Positions 28,034-40,056 of a stretch of DNA of 64,000 nt are shown one piece after another. A program made the translations under genes and the position numbers. Source of the DNA: Eledone cirrhosa. Its lineage: Eukaryota. Where the stretch lies: assembly GCA_964016885.1 (NCBI GenBank), contig OZ024741.1:364312001-364376000 (forward strand), written 5' to 3'. Under the pieces are notes generated by a model, which saw only the letters and a program-made list of their open reading frames with translations, searched no databases and was not told where the DNA came from. Within the stretch, counting starts at the first letter, position 1. The number at the start of each line of letters is the position of its first letter.

Positions 28034-29769
28034 TACAGAGCCCCTTACCTATCACCACACTCCTACACCTCTTCATCCCCCTCTCTACAAACACTAATCA
28101 ACCACCCTAACTCATCACCTTGCCAAATCACCACATACACCTATAACTTCATACCTATCTTCCCCCTCTATTACTTCTCTCCCTAGAGCAAAGAGGTCTC
28201 TATGTTGGGTATATGAGCAACAAATTCTGTAGTGGTGGTGCCATGAAAATGCATCTGGTAGATTCTGTAAGGGTGGTTAGCGACAGAAAGGGCACCCCAC
28301 TAGAAACGAAACCTAAAAAGTTTGAGAAGACTCTCTAATTTGTCAAAGCCACAATAACATCTCTAGTGCTGGAGATCTACATGAGAAACGTACCCAGTAC
28401 ATGCTGTCAAGTGTTTGGTGTTAAGAAGGGCATCCACCCTAGTGTTGGTGATCTACACAATAAACACACCCAGTACATGCTGTAAAGGGGTTAGTGTTAG
28501 GAAGGCCACCTAGCCGAAGAAAGTTTGCCAAACAAAAAGTTGGGAGAATCCTTTGTGCCTTTGTGCCCAGGACATGACAATTACCCTAGTGCTGGTGATC
28601 TTCATAATAAAAGCTGTAAAGTGGTTAGTGTTAGAAAGAGCATCCAACCATAGAAAGCTAAGGGATTGAGAGGACCCTTCAGTTTATGTAAAAAAATGAC
28701 AACTTTTCCTCTGCACTTAATAGAATGTATGACCATATGTAAGTGAGGTGCAGACCCCTTAGCCTGTCAGGGAGGTCAGTAGCTCTGGTTCAGTTGCCCT
28801 ATGATACCCATGCAACTCTTGCTAGCAGAAAAAGCAGACATTAAATAAGAGAGAGAGAGTAACTATAATATATAGATATATATAATTTGCAAATGCAGTG
28901 AACTATTTATCTGAATTACCTTTTTTTCTTTTCTTCTACTATCATCATCATTATTGCCATCATAAACATTGCCATTTTAATCATTCTCCTTCCTCATCTC
29001 CTCTCCCTCTTCTTTCCTCCTCCATTCATTTTTCATCATCGTTGTCACTTACATTTCAACCTACATTTTTTTACTTTAGTAACAGTCTTAGTTATCTCTG
29101 TAAAGCTTTCTTCCTTTCTACTAATTCAGAAATTGTAATTATTTTGTCTTTTAGCATCCATTGTCCTCATTACCCTCACCAACTATTTATTTTACAGTGA
29201 ACAATTAATTCTTAATTTCTTAGGGGGAAAATGTCTATAGGCAAAGGCATGGCTGAGTGGTCAAAGAGTTTGCTATGCACACAGTTGTTTCTAGAGGAAT
29301 CATAATTCAATCTATGCATTTCAGCATGTCTGAAATATTATGGATGAAACGATGCTGAAGTGGAGAATAAATGGTAAACTACATGTAATAAAATTGAAAT
29401 AACAATAATGGAATATGTATAGTTTGAGTTGTATTCCTCTAGGTTCTGTGTTCAGTCATGTTGCATGGCACCTTGGATAACTGTCTGCTACTAAAGCCTC
29501 ATTCTGACTAATGTCTTGTTAGTGGAAATTTGGTAGATAGAAACTACAAACGCCCATTCTCTCTCTATATACATATGTGTGCATGTGTCCTTGTCTCTCT
29601 GTGTGTTTATGTTCCATAACTTAGTGGTTAAAAAAAAAGAGGTTGATAAAATAAGTACCAAACCTGAAAAATAAGTACTGGGGTTGATATGATAGACTAA
29701 ATTGAGGCAGTATCCCAGCATGACCGTTGTTTAATGTCTGAAGCTAGTAAAACTATAACAGTGGAATAT

Positions 29770-30465
29770 GTATGTGGTAATAGTAATATACGTGAATGGC
29801 AAAGCATAAATAAACTAAGGGAGAAATTAGGAATAAGAGGGATCAGATGCTGTTTACTTGAGAGAAGACTACGTTGGTATGGTCACGTGATGCGCATGAA
29901 AGACGACAGCTGCATAAAAAAGTGCAGGGCGATCAAAATTGATGGTAGTTACGGAGTAGGCAGACCCAGAAAAACCTGGGATGATCTGATAAATTCCGAC
30001 CTCTCACACTTACACCTCTCTAAGACAATGTCTCTGGACCGAGATCTTTGGCGGTACTCAGTAATACAGAAGACCCGCCTTGCCTATGTACAAAGCGAAA
30101 CCTACAGTCAGTAGGCACCTCTTAACTAAATATACACCCCAATCTACTACTTCTACCCTATCCTCCCACTCCCACCAACAGCACGAGAAAATGAGATCGA
30201 GTTCGTGTAGGTGTCATGACAAAAAAACACACAGTCCACGCTGTAATGTGGCCGTATAGGTAACACGGTAAAAAGTTCCCAGTTCCACACTGTAAATGTG
30301 GTTGGTGTTAGGAAGGGCATCCAGCCATAGAAAACCTGCCAAATAGTCCTATATGAGCGAGACACGGTCACCCGATCAGCTTTGCCTGAAGTGGGAGAAC
30401 TCCCGTCTAACCCATGCTAGCGTGGAAAATGGACGTTAAACGAAGATGATGATGATGATGATGAT
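29770..30465 (+). mobile_element. 3' fragment of RTE-clade LINE
   Basis: RRLRWYGHVMR...GRPRKTW to stop at 30114; 3' UTR closely matches 54540-54948; (GAT)n tail. Confidence 0.9.
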
Positions 30466-30469
30466 ATAT

Positions 30470-30756
30470 ATCGTTGCTCCAGTTTACTCAGCTGAAAATG
30501 AGTACCAGCAATAGCTGGAGGTTTAACCCTGTGATGGACTGGCGTCCTGTCCAGCGGGGAGTCTTGTGCTCTCAGTTGCTTCACGCCATGAAGCCGGGAT
30601 AAGCAGCGGCCAAATGAGCCTTCTGGCTTAAGACAGACTTTAGACTTACAGCCTGCCCGCCCAGCCAGTGGGATGGCGTGATCGTATGGCTAAAACAGCA
30701 ACGTGCTGTGACCAGTGGCGCCGAATGCCACTCGACAGACTGGTCGGTCAAGGTGA
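30470..30756 (+). mobile_element. GC/CpG-rich SINE-like fragment of a different family between (GAT)n and (TA)n
   Basis: gttgctccagtttactcagctg also occurs at 56031-56052; accctgtgatggactggcgtcctgtccag resembles conserved SINE central domains. Confidence 0.55.
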
Positions 30757-30832
30757 TGTATATATATATATGTATATATATATGTATATATATATGTATA
30801 TATATGTATATATATATATGTATATATATATG

Positions 30833-30868
<36 letters not shown>

Positions 30869-30920
30869 TATGTATATATATGTATATATATATATATGTA
30901 TATATATATGTATATATATA

Positions 30921-31394
30921 ATGTAGGAGGTGAGTTTTATTGTAGTACAATAAAGCAATGCAGATATCGGATAAGAAGCACTCTACAGTTTGTGGGACTG
31001 GAGTATGCATAATATAAGATCAAAATTTTTTAATTTATACAGTATCTTCCAACGGTTTTCAACCCCTCTATATAAAATATATCTCCTCTCAGTTATAAAA
31101 ACTATCTCTTTCTCTCTATCACCCATCTCTCCCTCTCATCTCCTTCCCTTTTTATCCCCCCCCCCTCTCTAAATAAAATATTTTTCCCAATATCACACAT
31201 CAATCTAAAACCACTTTTCATATGTTGATTTAAAACTGCACTATCAACAAGTGTTTTTTAGCCTTCATATCATGTTCTCCTGTTTTATCTGATGAAAACA
31301 CAAATATTATTGTTTGATGATGTTTGTTTTTGAAATGCGCATAATAAAATATATGGAACTCCTTTAACCATCTTTTGATCTTATATTATGTATA
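30921..31394 (+). mobile_element. HHR-bearing non-autonomous element (Penelope-like/retrozyme type) embedded in (TA)n, with inverted terminal segment
   Basis: TA-rich microsatellite on both sides; contains the HHR at 31282-31350; 31004-31025 (tatgcataatataagatcaaaa) is the reverse complement of 31373-31394 with one mismatch; no ORF. Confidence 0.65.
31282..31350 (+). ncRNA. Type I hammerhead ribozyme, minimal form with palindromic stem III
   Basis: Stem I GUUUUAU/AUAAAAU; core CUGAUGA 31289-95; 15-bp stem II (AAACACAAAUAUUAU/AUGAUGUUUGUUUUU, one mismatch, two GU pairs); GAAA 31332-35; stem III palindrome UGCGCA; predicted cleavage after AUA (31343); AATAAA overlaps the 3' strand. Confidence 0.82.
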
Positions 31395-31470
31395 TATATA
31401 TGTATATATATATGTATATGTATATATATGTATATATATATGTATATATATATGTATATATACATATATG

Positions 31471-31508
<38 letters not shown>

Positions 31509-32387
31509 CATACTTATATATTAAATATGCCAATAAATTTACTGAAATTAAATTATCTTCCTCTTTCTTTGAAAATTGTTAACAATTTCTACTAAAAATT
31601 TTTTTTTTCTGTCGGCAATGCTCTGCTACTGCATTGAGGGAACAGTCCCTTTTTGCTTGCAGTAGTTGGGGCAATCTCTCTTGTGCAATTGTCTTGATTG
31701 CATCTAGTAGCCTGCCATAAAATGCTTGACAATCTCTCTTCTATTGGTGCCATGGTAAAATTCCTCCAGTACATTGAGTAAAGTGGTTGGTGATCAAATG
31801 GAAACAATATAGGGTAGAGAGGACTCTTCAGTCTTGCCAAGCACATGGCAACTTCCTTAGTGCTGGTGTCACAATAACATACACTCAGTATACTCTGTAA
31901 AGTAGTTGTAGTTGGTGTTAGGAAAAGCATTGAGTCATAGAAATCACACCAAAATATGGAATATATGAGTAACACTTGGTTATTCAACTTGTCTTGTCTC
32001 AGATCATGACAGCCTGTCAAACCCATACCAGCACGGAAAACATATGTCCAATGATGATATTATTTTATCTTTATAGGATTCCTTTATGTTACTCTACTTC
32101 TGCTTTCCTACAACTAATTTACAAAAATTTTGTTTGATCCATTTATACATTCATATTAAAATAAACAAACATTCTTCTGTCTAGTTTAAAAGGAAAGGTG
32201 TTGATCTTTAGATCAAACCAAAGAAACAATGTTTCTCTTAGCCTTTCCATTGTTGATACTATCTGCCAATCCTGGCAGAATGAACAACATCAAATAAAGT
32301 GTTTTGCTCAAAAACACAGCACACCACCCTGTCCAAGAACAAACCAATGACTTTATGATTGCATGTCTAATACCCTAACTACTAGGG

Positions 32388-32685
32388 CAGTGGTCTCCAA
32401 CCTTTTTTATACCATGGACCAGCTTCATGTTGGACAATCTTTCCATGGGCCACTAGTTGCACATATATGTTATCTAATTGCATTTCGATAAAGAGAGCAA
32501 TAATAAAAAGAGCAATTTATTATAGTAGATGAATATTAAATATTTAAACAAATCTTTTACTATTAAAGTCCAATATTTAATTTATCTCTTTATAATTTTA
32601 AACAAGTTAATTATTCCTTTGTGGCCCGAAAGCAAATGATCCATGGAACGGTATTGGTCCGCGGCCCTGTTGTTGGGAACCTCTG
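32388..32685. mobile_element. hAT (Charlie-like) MITE
   Basis: Perfect 8-bp TSD TACTAGGG (32380-87, 32686-93); TIRs CAGTGGTCTCCAAC / CAGAGGTTCCCAAC. Confidence 0.88.
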
Positions 32686-33212
32686 TACTAGGGTATTAGA
32701 CTATATGCAGATGAACACCTGATAAATATGAACATTTTAGCATATTCTTTGCTTATTCTGTGCTTCAAATTCACATTCTCCTTTCCGGTTTACTAATTTT
32801 ATCTTTCTATCATAAATATTTTGACTACCATACAGTTCTTTCTCAAGTGTCACATGGCACCACTTTTGAACAAGAAGGGGATTTCTTTGTTGTTAATAAG
32901 ATTAGAGTTTTTCTAATCTCTCTTCCCCCTCACTCTCTGTCTTTCTTCTTTTCTTCAACCACTTTGCTATAAGTGTCTTTTTCCTAGAACACAGTCAACT
33001 ATCTAAGAGAGTTCTGTGAGGAATTAATGACTACAATCTATCTACAAACTTTGAAAAGGTAGTTTCTCTTGAATCTAACGATTCAGTGTTTTAGATATGA
33101 TTAACATAGTAGTAGTATTTACTGTCAACTTGCCTGAGTTATGTTCAGTTATCGGCTTAGGGGCTAGGGATTAGGGTTAGGGTTGGTGTGTGTTATCTGG
33201 AATTTCTATATA

Positions 33213-33375
33213 CCGTATATGCTGGCGTACATGTCGACATTTGGAGCCTAAAAATATCTCTCCAAAACCAGGGTTTGACTTGTCCGCCAAATATAAAATG
33301 TGGAAGTATGCACGCTGCTTCACCTGAACTACACCTTAGAATTTTAGGGGTCAACCTATGCGCTGACATATACAG
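33213..33375. mobile_element. Tc2/pogo-like MITE
   Basis: TA|CCGTATATGCTGGCGTACATGTCGAC...GTCAACCTATGCGCTGACATATACAG|TA. Confidence 0.75.
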
Positions 33376-33801
33376 TAATTACTGTTTCTCAGCAACTAAA
33401 TAGTAGCATCGACTTCATTACTTTCATATTTGCTCTGTCTCTCTGCACTCTGTGGTCAAATCTTGCTGAGGTCAACATTGTCTTTCATTTTCTTGGAGGT
33501 TGAGGCAGTGGATTAGCAAAATTGTTAAAGTGTTGGATAGGATGTTTTGCTGTATCTGTTCCAGCTTTGTGCATTCTGAGACTGAGTTCAAATTCTGCTT
33601 TCTGCCACTAGAAATGTGGTGACACATCTGCCAGGAGTTTGCAGCAAGCAGATAGTATCACCAATGGGAATATAGTATTCTTCATCTGATTTGGTATTCT
33701 TAGTTTATGTTGATGGGCACTCAGAACATAATACTTAACTTAGAGCACTATTCCATTCAAATTCTCTCCACTGTATTCTATTTTTTCATTCGTTCTAATT
33801 A

Positions 33802-33942
33802 CTGTAATTCCCGGCGTCGAAGATGCTACTTTTTCCCCAAAATAAGTCTAAAAAATCTACCATTCGTCCTGGAGGCTGAAGGTTGTTTATTATTTTTTTT
33901 CAAATTTTTTTGATGAAGCGTCTTCGGCGCCGGGAAATATGG
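33802..33942. mobile_element. Tc2/pogo-like MITE
   Basis: TA|CTGTAATTCCCGGCGTCGAAGATGCT...AGCGTCTTCGGCGCCGGGAAATATGG|TA. Confidence 0.8.
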
Positions 33943-34720
33943 TAATTTAAATTTCAGGGTCATGTCCCCTGCCTTTCTTGATACTTTTATGTTGTTGTTA
34001 ATATGTAAAATAAATGTAATTTACACCTCTCATCTGTGTAAGTTTAGCTGACCTCTTAAGAGATTGCATCTCAGAGGAGGTCTTGGGTGTTTCACTCATA
34101 GGAGTCCTGAGGTTGTATCTTATAGGAAGTTTTTTTTGTGTTTTAATGATGGGAGCCCCAGTCCTACCATGAATAGCAACGTGAAATGAAATGTCTTGCT
34201 CAAGAACACAACACGTTTCTCCCAGTGTAGGAAGTGAACCCATACCCTTATGACTTTAAGTTCAAAACCCTAATCACTAGGTCATGCAATTTCACATTGG
34301 TGTTAATCTATGAAAGTTCCAACCTATATTTCATTGTTTTTTTTTCAGTTAACAATTTTTATACTTTAGACTGGTAGCATTTTACTTTTATGTTCAATTG
34401 TTGATGATGTTGTTTTGTTTTAACTTATATGTTCCAACAGTGCCATTCCAAACATGTCCTTTCTATGGATTAGAAAAAAAACTAAAGCAATTTTTGTCTT
34501 GAAAGCGGTTTACTTATTCCAATTATATGATTTATTTGAAGCTTATGGTAGATTTTATTTGTCTCATTAAATACAGCTTGACATAAAATCACAAATACTA
34601 AGTTAATCTTTAATCCTCAAGGCTTTATAGATTACTAGTTTAAAATTATATTTACGTATGTATATATGTGTGTGTAGTGTGTATGTGTATGTATCTATGT
34701 GTATATATATATATATATAT

Positions 34721-34885
34721 ATAGGAACCAGTAAGACCCCGACAGCTGAGCTCAAGCCGTTTCGACGAAACGGCTTGAGCTCAGCTGTCGGGGTCTTACT
34801 GGTTCCTATTACCCACTCTACTACCTCAAGTATTGAGTACTTTGGTGCGTTATGGTCCACCTGGTTCCTTACCACATTTCCTTTG

Positions 34886-34888
<3 letters not shown>
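34721..34888 (+). mobile_element. Truncated HHR-type terminus with a perfect 89-bp palindrome, inside (TA)n
   Basis: 44-bp arms at 34721-34764 and 34766-34809 with a 1-nt spacer. The right arm reads CGAAA CGGCU-UGAGCUC-AGCUG UC^ GGGG, the 3' half of a hammerhead. (TA)n on both sides. Confidence 0.7.
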
Positions 34889-34928
<40 letters not shown>

Positions 34929-36416
34929 ACCCATGCTGGTATGGAAAGCAACTGTAAAAACGTTTATGTTATATGCATATGTCTATGTATGCATATTATT
35001 ATAAATGTTTAACTAAATAAAGGTCAACAATATTGCTTAGTGTTGTCAGTTATAGATTTAAAAAGAGTCCTCAGATATGAGAGTTAATCTTAACTTTAAT
35101 CTGTTTCTATTTTGAAGTTGTTGACATTGTTGTTGTTTAGCTCTAGGACACCCTTGATTGAATAAATTTGTAATGAAAAGCCATGGTTGTGGCTGAATAG
35201 TTAAGGAGTATGCTTTGTAATCATTAGGTTCAAGTTTTGATCCTAGCATGTGGCACCTTGGGTAAGTGTCGTTTAGGTTGCCCCATGCCTTATGATTGAA
35301 ATTAGGTAGACAGAAGCTGTTTGGGAGCCTGTTGGATGGTCGGTCCTTGCAATTCAAAGAACCAGCCATGTCACACCTAATCTTCTAGAGCATTATGTTG
35401 AGTGTCTGTGGAATGCTCATCCACTTGCACATTAATTTTATGAGTAGGCTGTTCAGTTGATCGAACTGGAATGCTCATTGTCAAAACCAAGGGAGGTCTA
35501 TTCAAATGAAAAGCATTTCAGCTGTGACCATCTCACCATTTTCCAGGCACTGTGTACCTTAGACCTCATTGTTGCTTGTGTTCTTTATTAATATGGTAAT
35601 GCATGAATTGAAAGGGATTTAGCTGTTATTTCTAGCAGATCTGGTGATCATGTAGAGGTTTCTTCATATAGCTTGGCTCTCATGATGTAAACAAGAAATG
35701 TTTTGTAGCAATATCACATGCATGACTATGACACTGGTGTATTGTTTTCATATTTAGTCCCAGGCTATTCCTAATTGATTTGGCTATCCTTGTCTTTATG
35801 TATAACTAGTATCACACTATCTAATTTGTCCTTTCTATTTTTAAGATTGGAGTATGTGATTTCAGGGAATTTTTCTGCTATTTTCTCCAATACTCTAATA
35901 ATTCTATTAATTCACCATCAAGATATGGTGCTTATTTCATTATACTTTAAAATGATGAAAAGTAAAGTTGATCTCAGCAGGATTTGAACTCAAAGCATAG
36001 TAATCCAAAACAAATATGACAGGGAATATTTTTTCTTTGCTATAACAACTCTGCTAATTTACACCCTTGAAGATATATTGTGTTTTTGTTTAATTTGTGG
36101 GTAGTTTTAAGCCTATGGATGTCTGTTGTTACTTCAAATACTATGCTGTTATGGGAAGAAATAACAAAATTTAAAGCTTTGATAAGCTCTATGGATTCTT
36201 ACAGTTGAACAACATAATCACATGCAAGCAGTTCATTTTTAATTTTGGCACAAGGTCAGCAATTTTAGGTGGCAAGGAAAGTCAATTATATCAACCCCAG
36301 TACTTATTTTTTCAAGTCTAGTACTTTATCCATCACTTTATTGTCGAACTGCTAAGTTATAGGACATAAACAGAGACACATACACACACACATACACACA
36401 CACATATATATGAATA

Positions 36417-36469
<53 letters not shown>

Positions 36470-37044
36470 ATTTCAAATGATTAAATAATAGCCCAAACAA
36501 TGTTTAAAAAAAATCAAAACGAGATATTTTATTCAGAGTTAATGGTTGAACAAACTTTAGTTGAAGCTTCAAACAAGGCTTGTTTGACTGTTACACTTAA
36601 AAGAAGATAAGAAAAGTATACCCTTTAACTAAAGCTTATATTTTTTCAAACTTCAACCGTTAACCAAAACAAAACAGATTTTATTTTTATTGATGATAGT
36701 CTCTTTAGACTGAAAGTTCTGAATAAAACACTATGTTTTAGTTCTTTTTATACATTATTTGGGCTTTTTAATGGTTTGAAATCATAATATCATTGCAATG
36801 CTTTGAAAAATTGCCTCAAAACACAAATATATCATAATCATTGTTTAACATCCATTTTACACGCTAGCATGGGTAGGATGTGCTGTCCCATTGTGAGAGA
36901 TTCAGGTCAGGGACCGTGTTTTGCTCACACAGAACTGATTTTGGCTTGGTTTCTACTGCTGGATGCTGTTCCTAATGCCTGCCCCATTTACAGTGTGTAC
37001 TGCGTGCTTTTTGTCATGACACCTATGCAACCACTTTATTATAA

Positions 37045-37119
<75 letters not shown>

Positions 37120-37125
37120 TATATA

Positions 37126-37243
37126 TAACGAAGGAGGTGTGGTAAGGAACCAGATGGACCATAACGCATCAAAGTACTCAATACTTAGGGTAGTAGAGTG
37201 GATAATAGAAAAATGTTTAACCCCGACGCAGAACTCAAGCCGT
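37126..37243 (-). mobile_element. Second, diverged copy of the 34766-34888 terminus, next to (TA)n
   Basis: ggtaaggaaccagatggaccataacgcatcaaagtactcaatactt...ccccgacgcagaactcaagccgt aligns to the reverse complement of 34770-34888. Confidence 0.75.
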
Positions 37244-39120
37244 AATGGGCTTCTGCAATGTTTTACTGTCAGATTCCCTTCTTGGTTAATTAGTTTTTAC
37301 AATATGTAAGGATATAGTATACGTATGCTAAACTGGATACACGCCCTGCTTTCCTTTAAATATACTGAAAAAGTCAAATCAATAATTTTTGTTATCACTT
37401 AGTTACGTAAGAAAGGGCAGCATTCATTTCCCTTACATTTTCAAGGACTTTCAAAACTGGTGAGAAGAAGTGAGGTAGTTATCTACAAACTGGAGACCTG
37501 GACTGAATATCAACCAAATTTTATTCACAACGCATTGGTCAACACATGGCTATAAAAGGACACTTATGCAAAGTGATATATAGGGATTGAAGACCAAACG
37601 ATGTGGAAGCGAAACAAACTCCTTATCCTCACAGCCATGCCATGATCCTGTTTTCTCATCAGTTTTTGTTTATGTTTATTCACTGTTTGATGTTTTACTG
37701 TTTTGTGGATGCAGTGGCTAAGAAGTCCACTAGAGTTCAATCCCACTGTGTGGTATTTTGAGCAAGTGTCTTTACAATGGCCTCTGGTCAACCCAAATCT
37801 TGTGAAGGAAATTGGGTAGATGTGAACTATGTGGAAGTCCACCAAATCGACTGTACCTGTATTTCAAAGGAACAGCCTTGTTACACATTGTGTCATGCTG
37901 ATTCAACTTGGGGATTACATGAAGGGTATATTTGTCTGTGGAATACTCAACCACTTGCACGTTAATGCACCAGTAGGTTATTCATTTGGTCAAACAACTG
38001 AAGGCTCATTGTTAAAAATGACTGAGGATTGATCATTTTAATTTTATTTGGTAACCAAATATCAATTAATTATGTCATTCACTGAAATGTCTCAGCTAAG
38101 ATCTTGTACTCTAACTTTTATGTTTATATCATTTTATTCAAATTTCATTTTATTTTTTCAATTTTTTTTTGTGAAGTCTGTGTTTTTGGTAGGATTTTAA
38201 AAGTTATTATTTTTATTTTTATGAAAACCTTGTATTTTTCGTTTTCATTTAATTTTTTTAAATATTTGTTTTCAATTTGTCATCTCCACTACTCTTACAA
38301 TATCAAATTTTAAAAATACTGTCAATTAAAAAAAATACTCAACTGTTGTATAAATTCTTACTTTATTGAACTATTATTTTTATTAATTTATTTTTGATTT
38401 TTTAAAAAACTTTTTCAAATGCTAAATCATATTTCCATATTTTTTTCTGTAAAGAAAATATTTTAAGAAATTTGTCTCGAGTATCTATTTTATTATGTAA
38501 AATTGTTAATTTTTTTTTAGTGAACCGAGTTAGTAATTATAATTAATCTTCTTAAAATGAAATTACACTTCAATTCATTTTGAGGAAACTCATGAGAAAC
38601 TTTGGATTTAAAAGTTGTCAACAATGTAGATTCTTATTTTATTTTAAATAGGCGAACAGATTGTTGTGACAATTTGCAGTATTTGAGTGTAAATTATAAT
38701 TTTCAATGTGATACAGTTATAGTGATGTTTTTTGTCCCTTTTGAGAATGTCTTGTTAATGTGGTTTGATGCAGTACAGTACATTGACTCTTACACCCTGT
38801 AATGATTTAGCAGATCATATTTAAAACAGGCTTGTTAATTCATGTTTATAATATCATTTCTAGTGGACAGGTCAGGAAAATTTGCAATATTAGAGCGAGG
38901 ACTTTAATTTTCAATGTGATGCATGGTGTTATTTTGTACTTTTCAAAAATGTCTTACTAATGTAGTTTGATGCAGTACAGGATATTGATTTAATGCAAGT
39001 TTTCAGGAGAAAAATTAGGAATCAAGTTCAGTTTGTGGACCTGAGAGAATGTGATTAGTGAAAGATATAAATGAAAGTGTAACAAATTGCTTCAAGTAGA
39101 GATGGATCAAGTTTATATTG

Positions 39121-39192
39121 AGGGAGAGGGAGAGAGAGAGGGGGAGAGAGGGGGAGAGAGGGGGAGAGAGGGGGAGAGAGAAAGAGAGAGAG
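39121..39192. repeat. Polypurine (GGGGAGAGAG)n/(GA)n tract
   Basis: Seen directly in the sequence. Confidence 0.9.
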
Positions 39193-39831
39193 ATCATCAA
39201 AGTAATAGTAGTTGATAAAAGGAAAGGAAAGGAAAGGAGCTGATCATTAGATTGGACCAAGTAAACTATGTTTCTGTTAGTCTTTCCATTGCTGATAGTA
39301 TCTGCTGGTCACATCTCTTGGCAGAAGGTGGTGGAATGTAGAGAGCCAGATGAAATACCACAAAAACTCGGCCGATTCTGTCACCCTTCCTGGCTGGTAC
39401 TTTACTTATTGACCCTAAAAAGATGAAAAGCAAAGTTGCCCATACCAGGATTTGAACATAGAACACAGAGAGCTGGAACTAAAACCAAGGCATTTAATCT
39501 GATGCTTAAAAGACTCTGCCAGATTGCCATCTTAATGTATGAAAAAGAGTTAAAAGTTCTATGTATATAACCTATGTATTTGCCAATTTATTTTATGATA
39601 TTTTTAGTTATATGGTAGAGGTTATTGATAGTTGAAAAATACATCTCATCATTTATGGGAGCACTGGACCATATGTAGACTTTGTATGTAGTATCATGTC
39701 AGCAATTGCCCAAGGCTTATAGTATATATTTTAGCCATTTAATAAGAATCCAAAGGTTGCAATTGGCCTATGCAGGGAAACATGTGGCCACTGGGAAGTT
39801 AACAGGAAATTAAGTGGACACAATGTCAATA

Positions 39832-39886
<55 letters not shown>

Positions 39887-39897
39887 ATGTATATGTG

Positions 39898-39955
<58 letters not shown>

Positions 39956-39979
39956 GTATGTATATGTGTATAATATATA

Positions 39980-40032
<53 letters not shown>

Positions 40033-40056
40033 ATATATATATATATATATGTGTAT

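Noticed and set aside
30581-31012. Poly-YI/CV/HT ORFs here and at 1223, 23242, 36803, 39731, 41763, 45257 and elsewhere
   Set aside because: They are translations of stop-free (TA)n/(TG)n microsatellites with no protein signature.
33157-33186. Degenerate TTAGGG repeats
   Set aside because: Only about two exact units; too short to call an interstitial telomere.
39770-39800. GAAACATGT palindrome near (TA)n
   Set aside because: No upstream CUGANGA core found.
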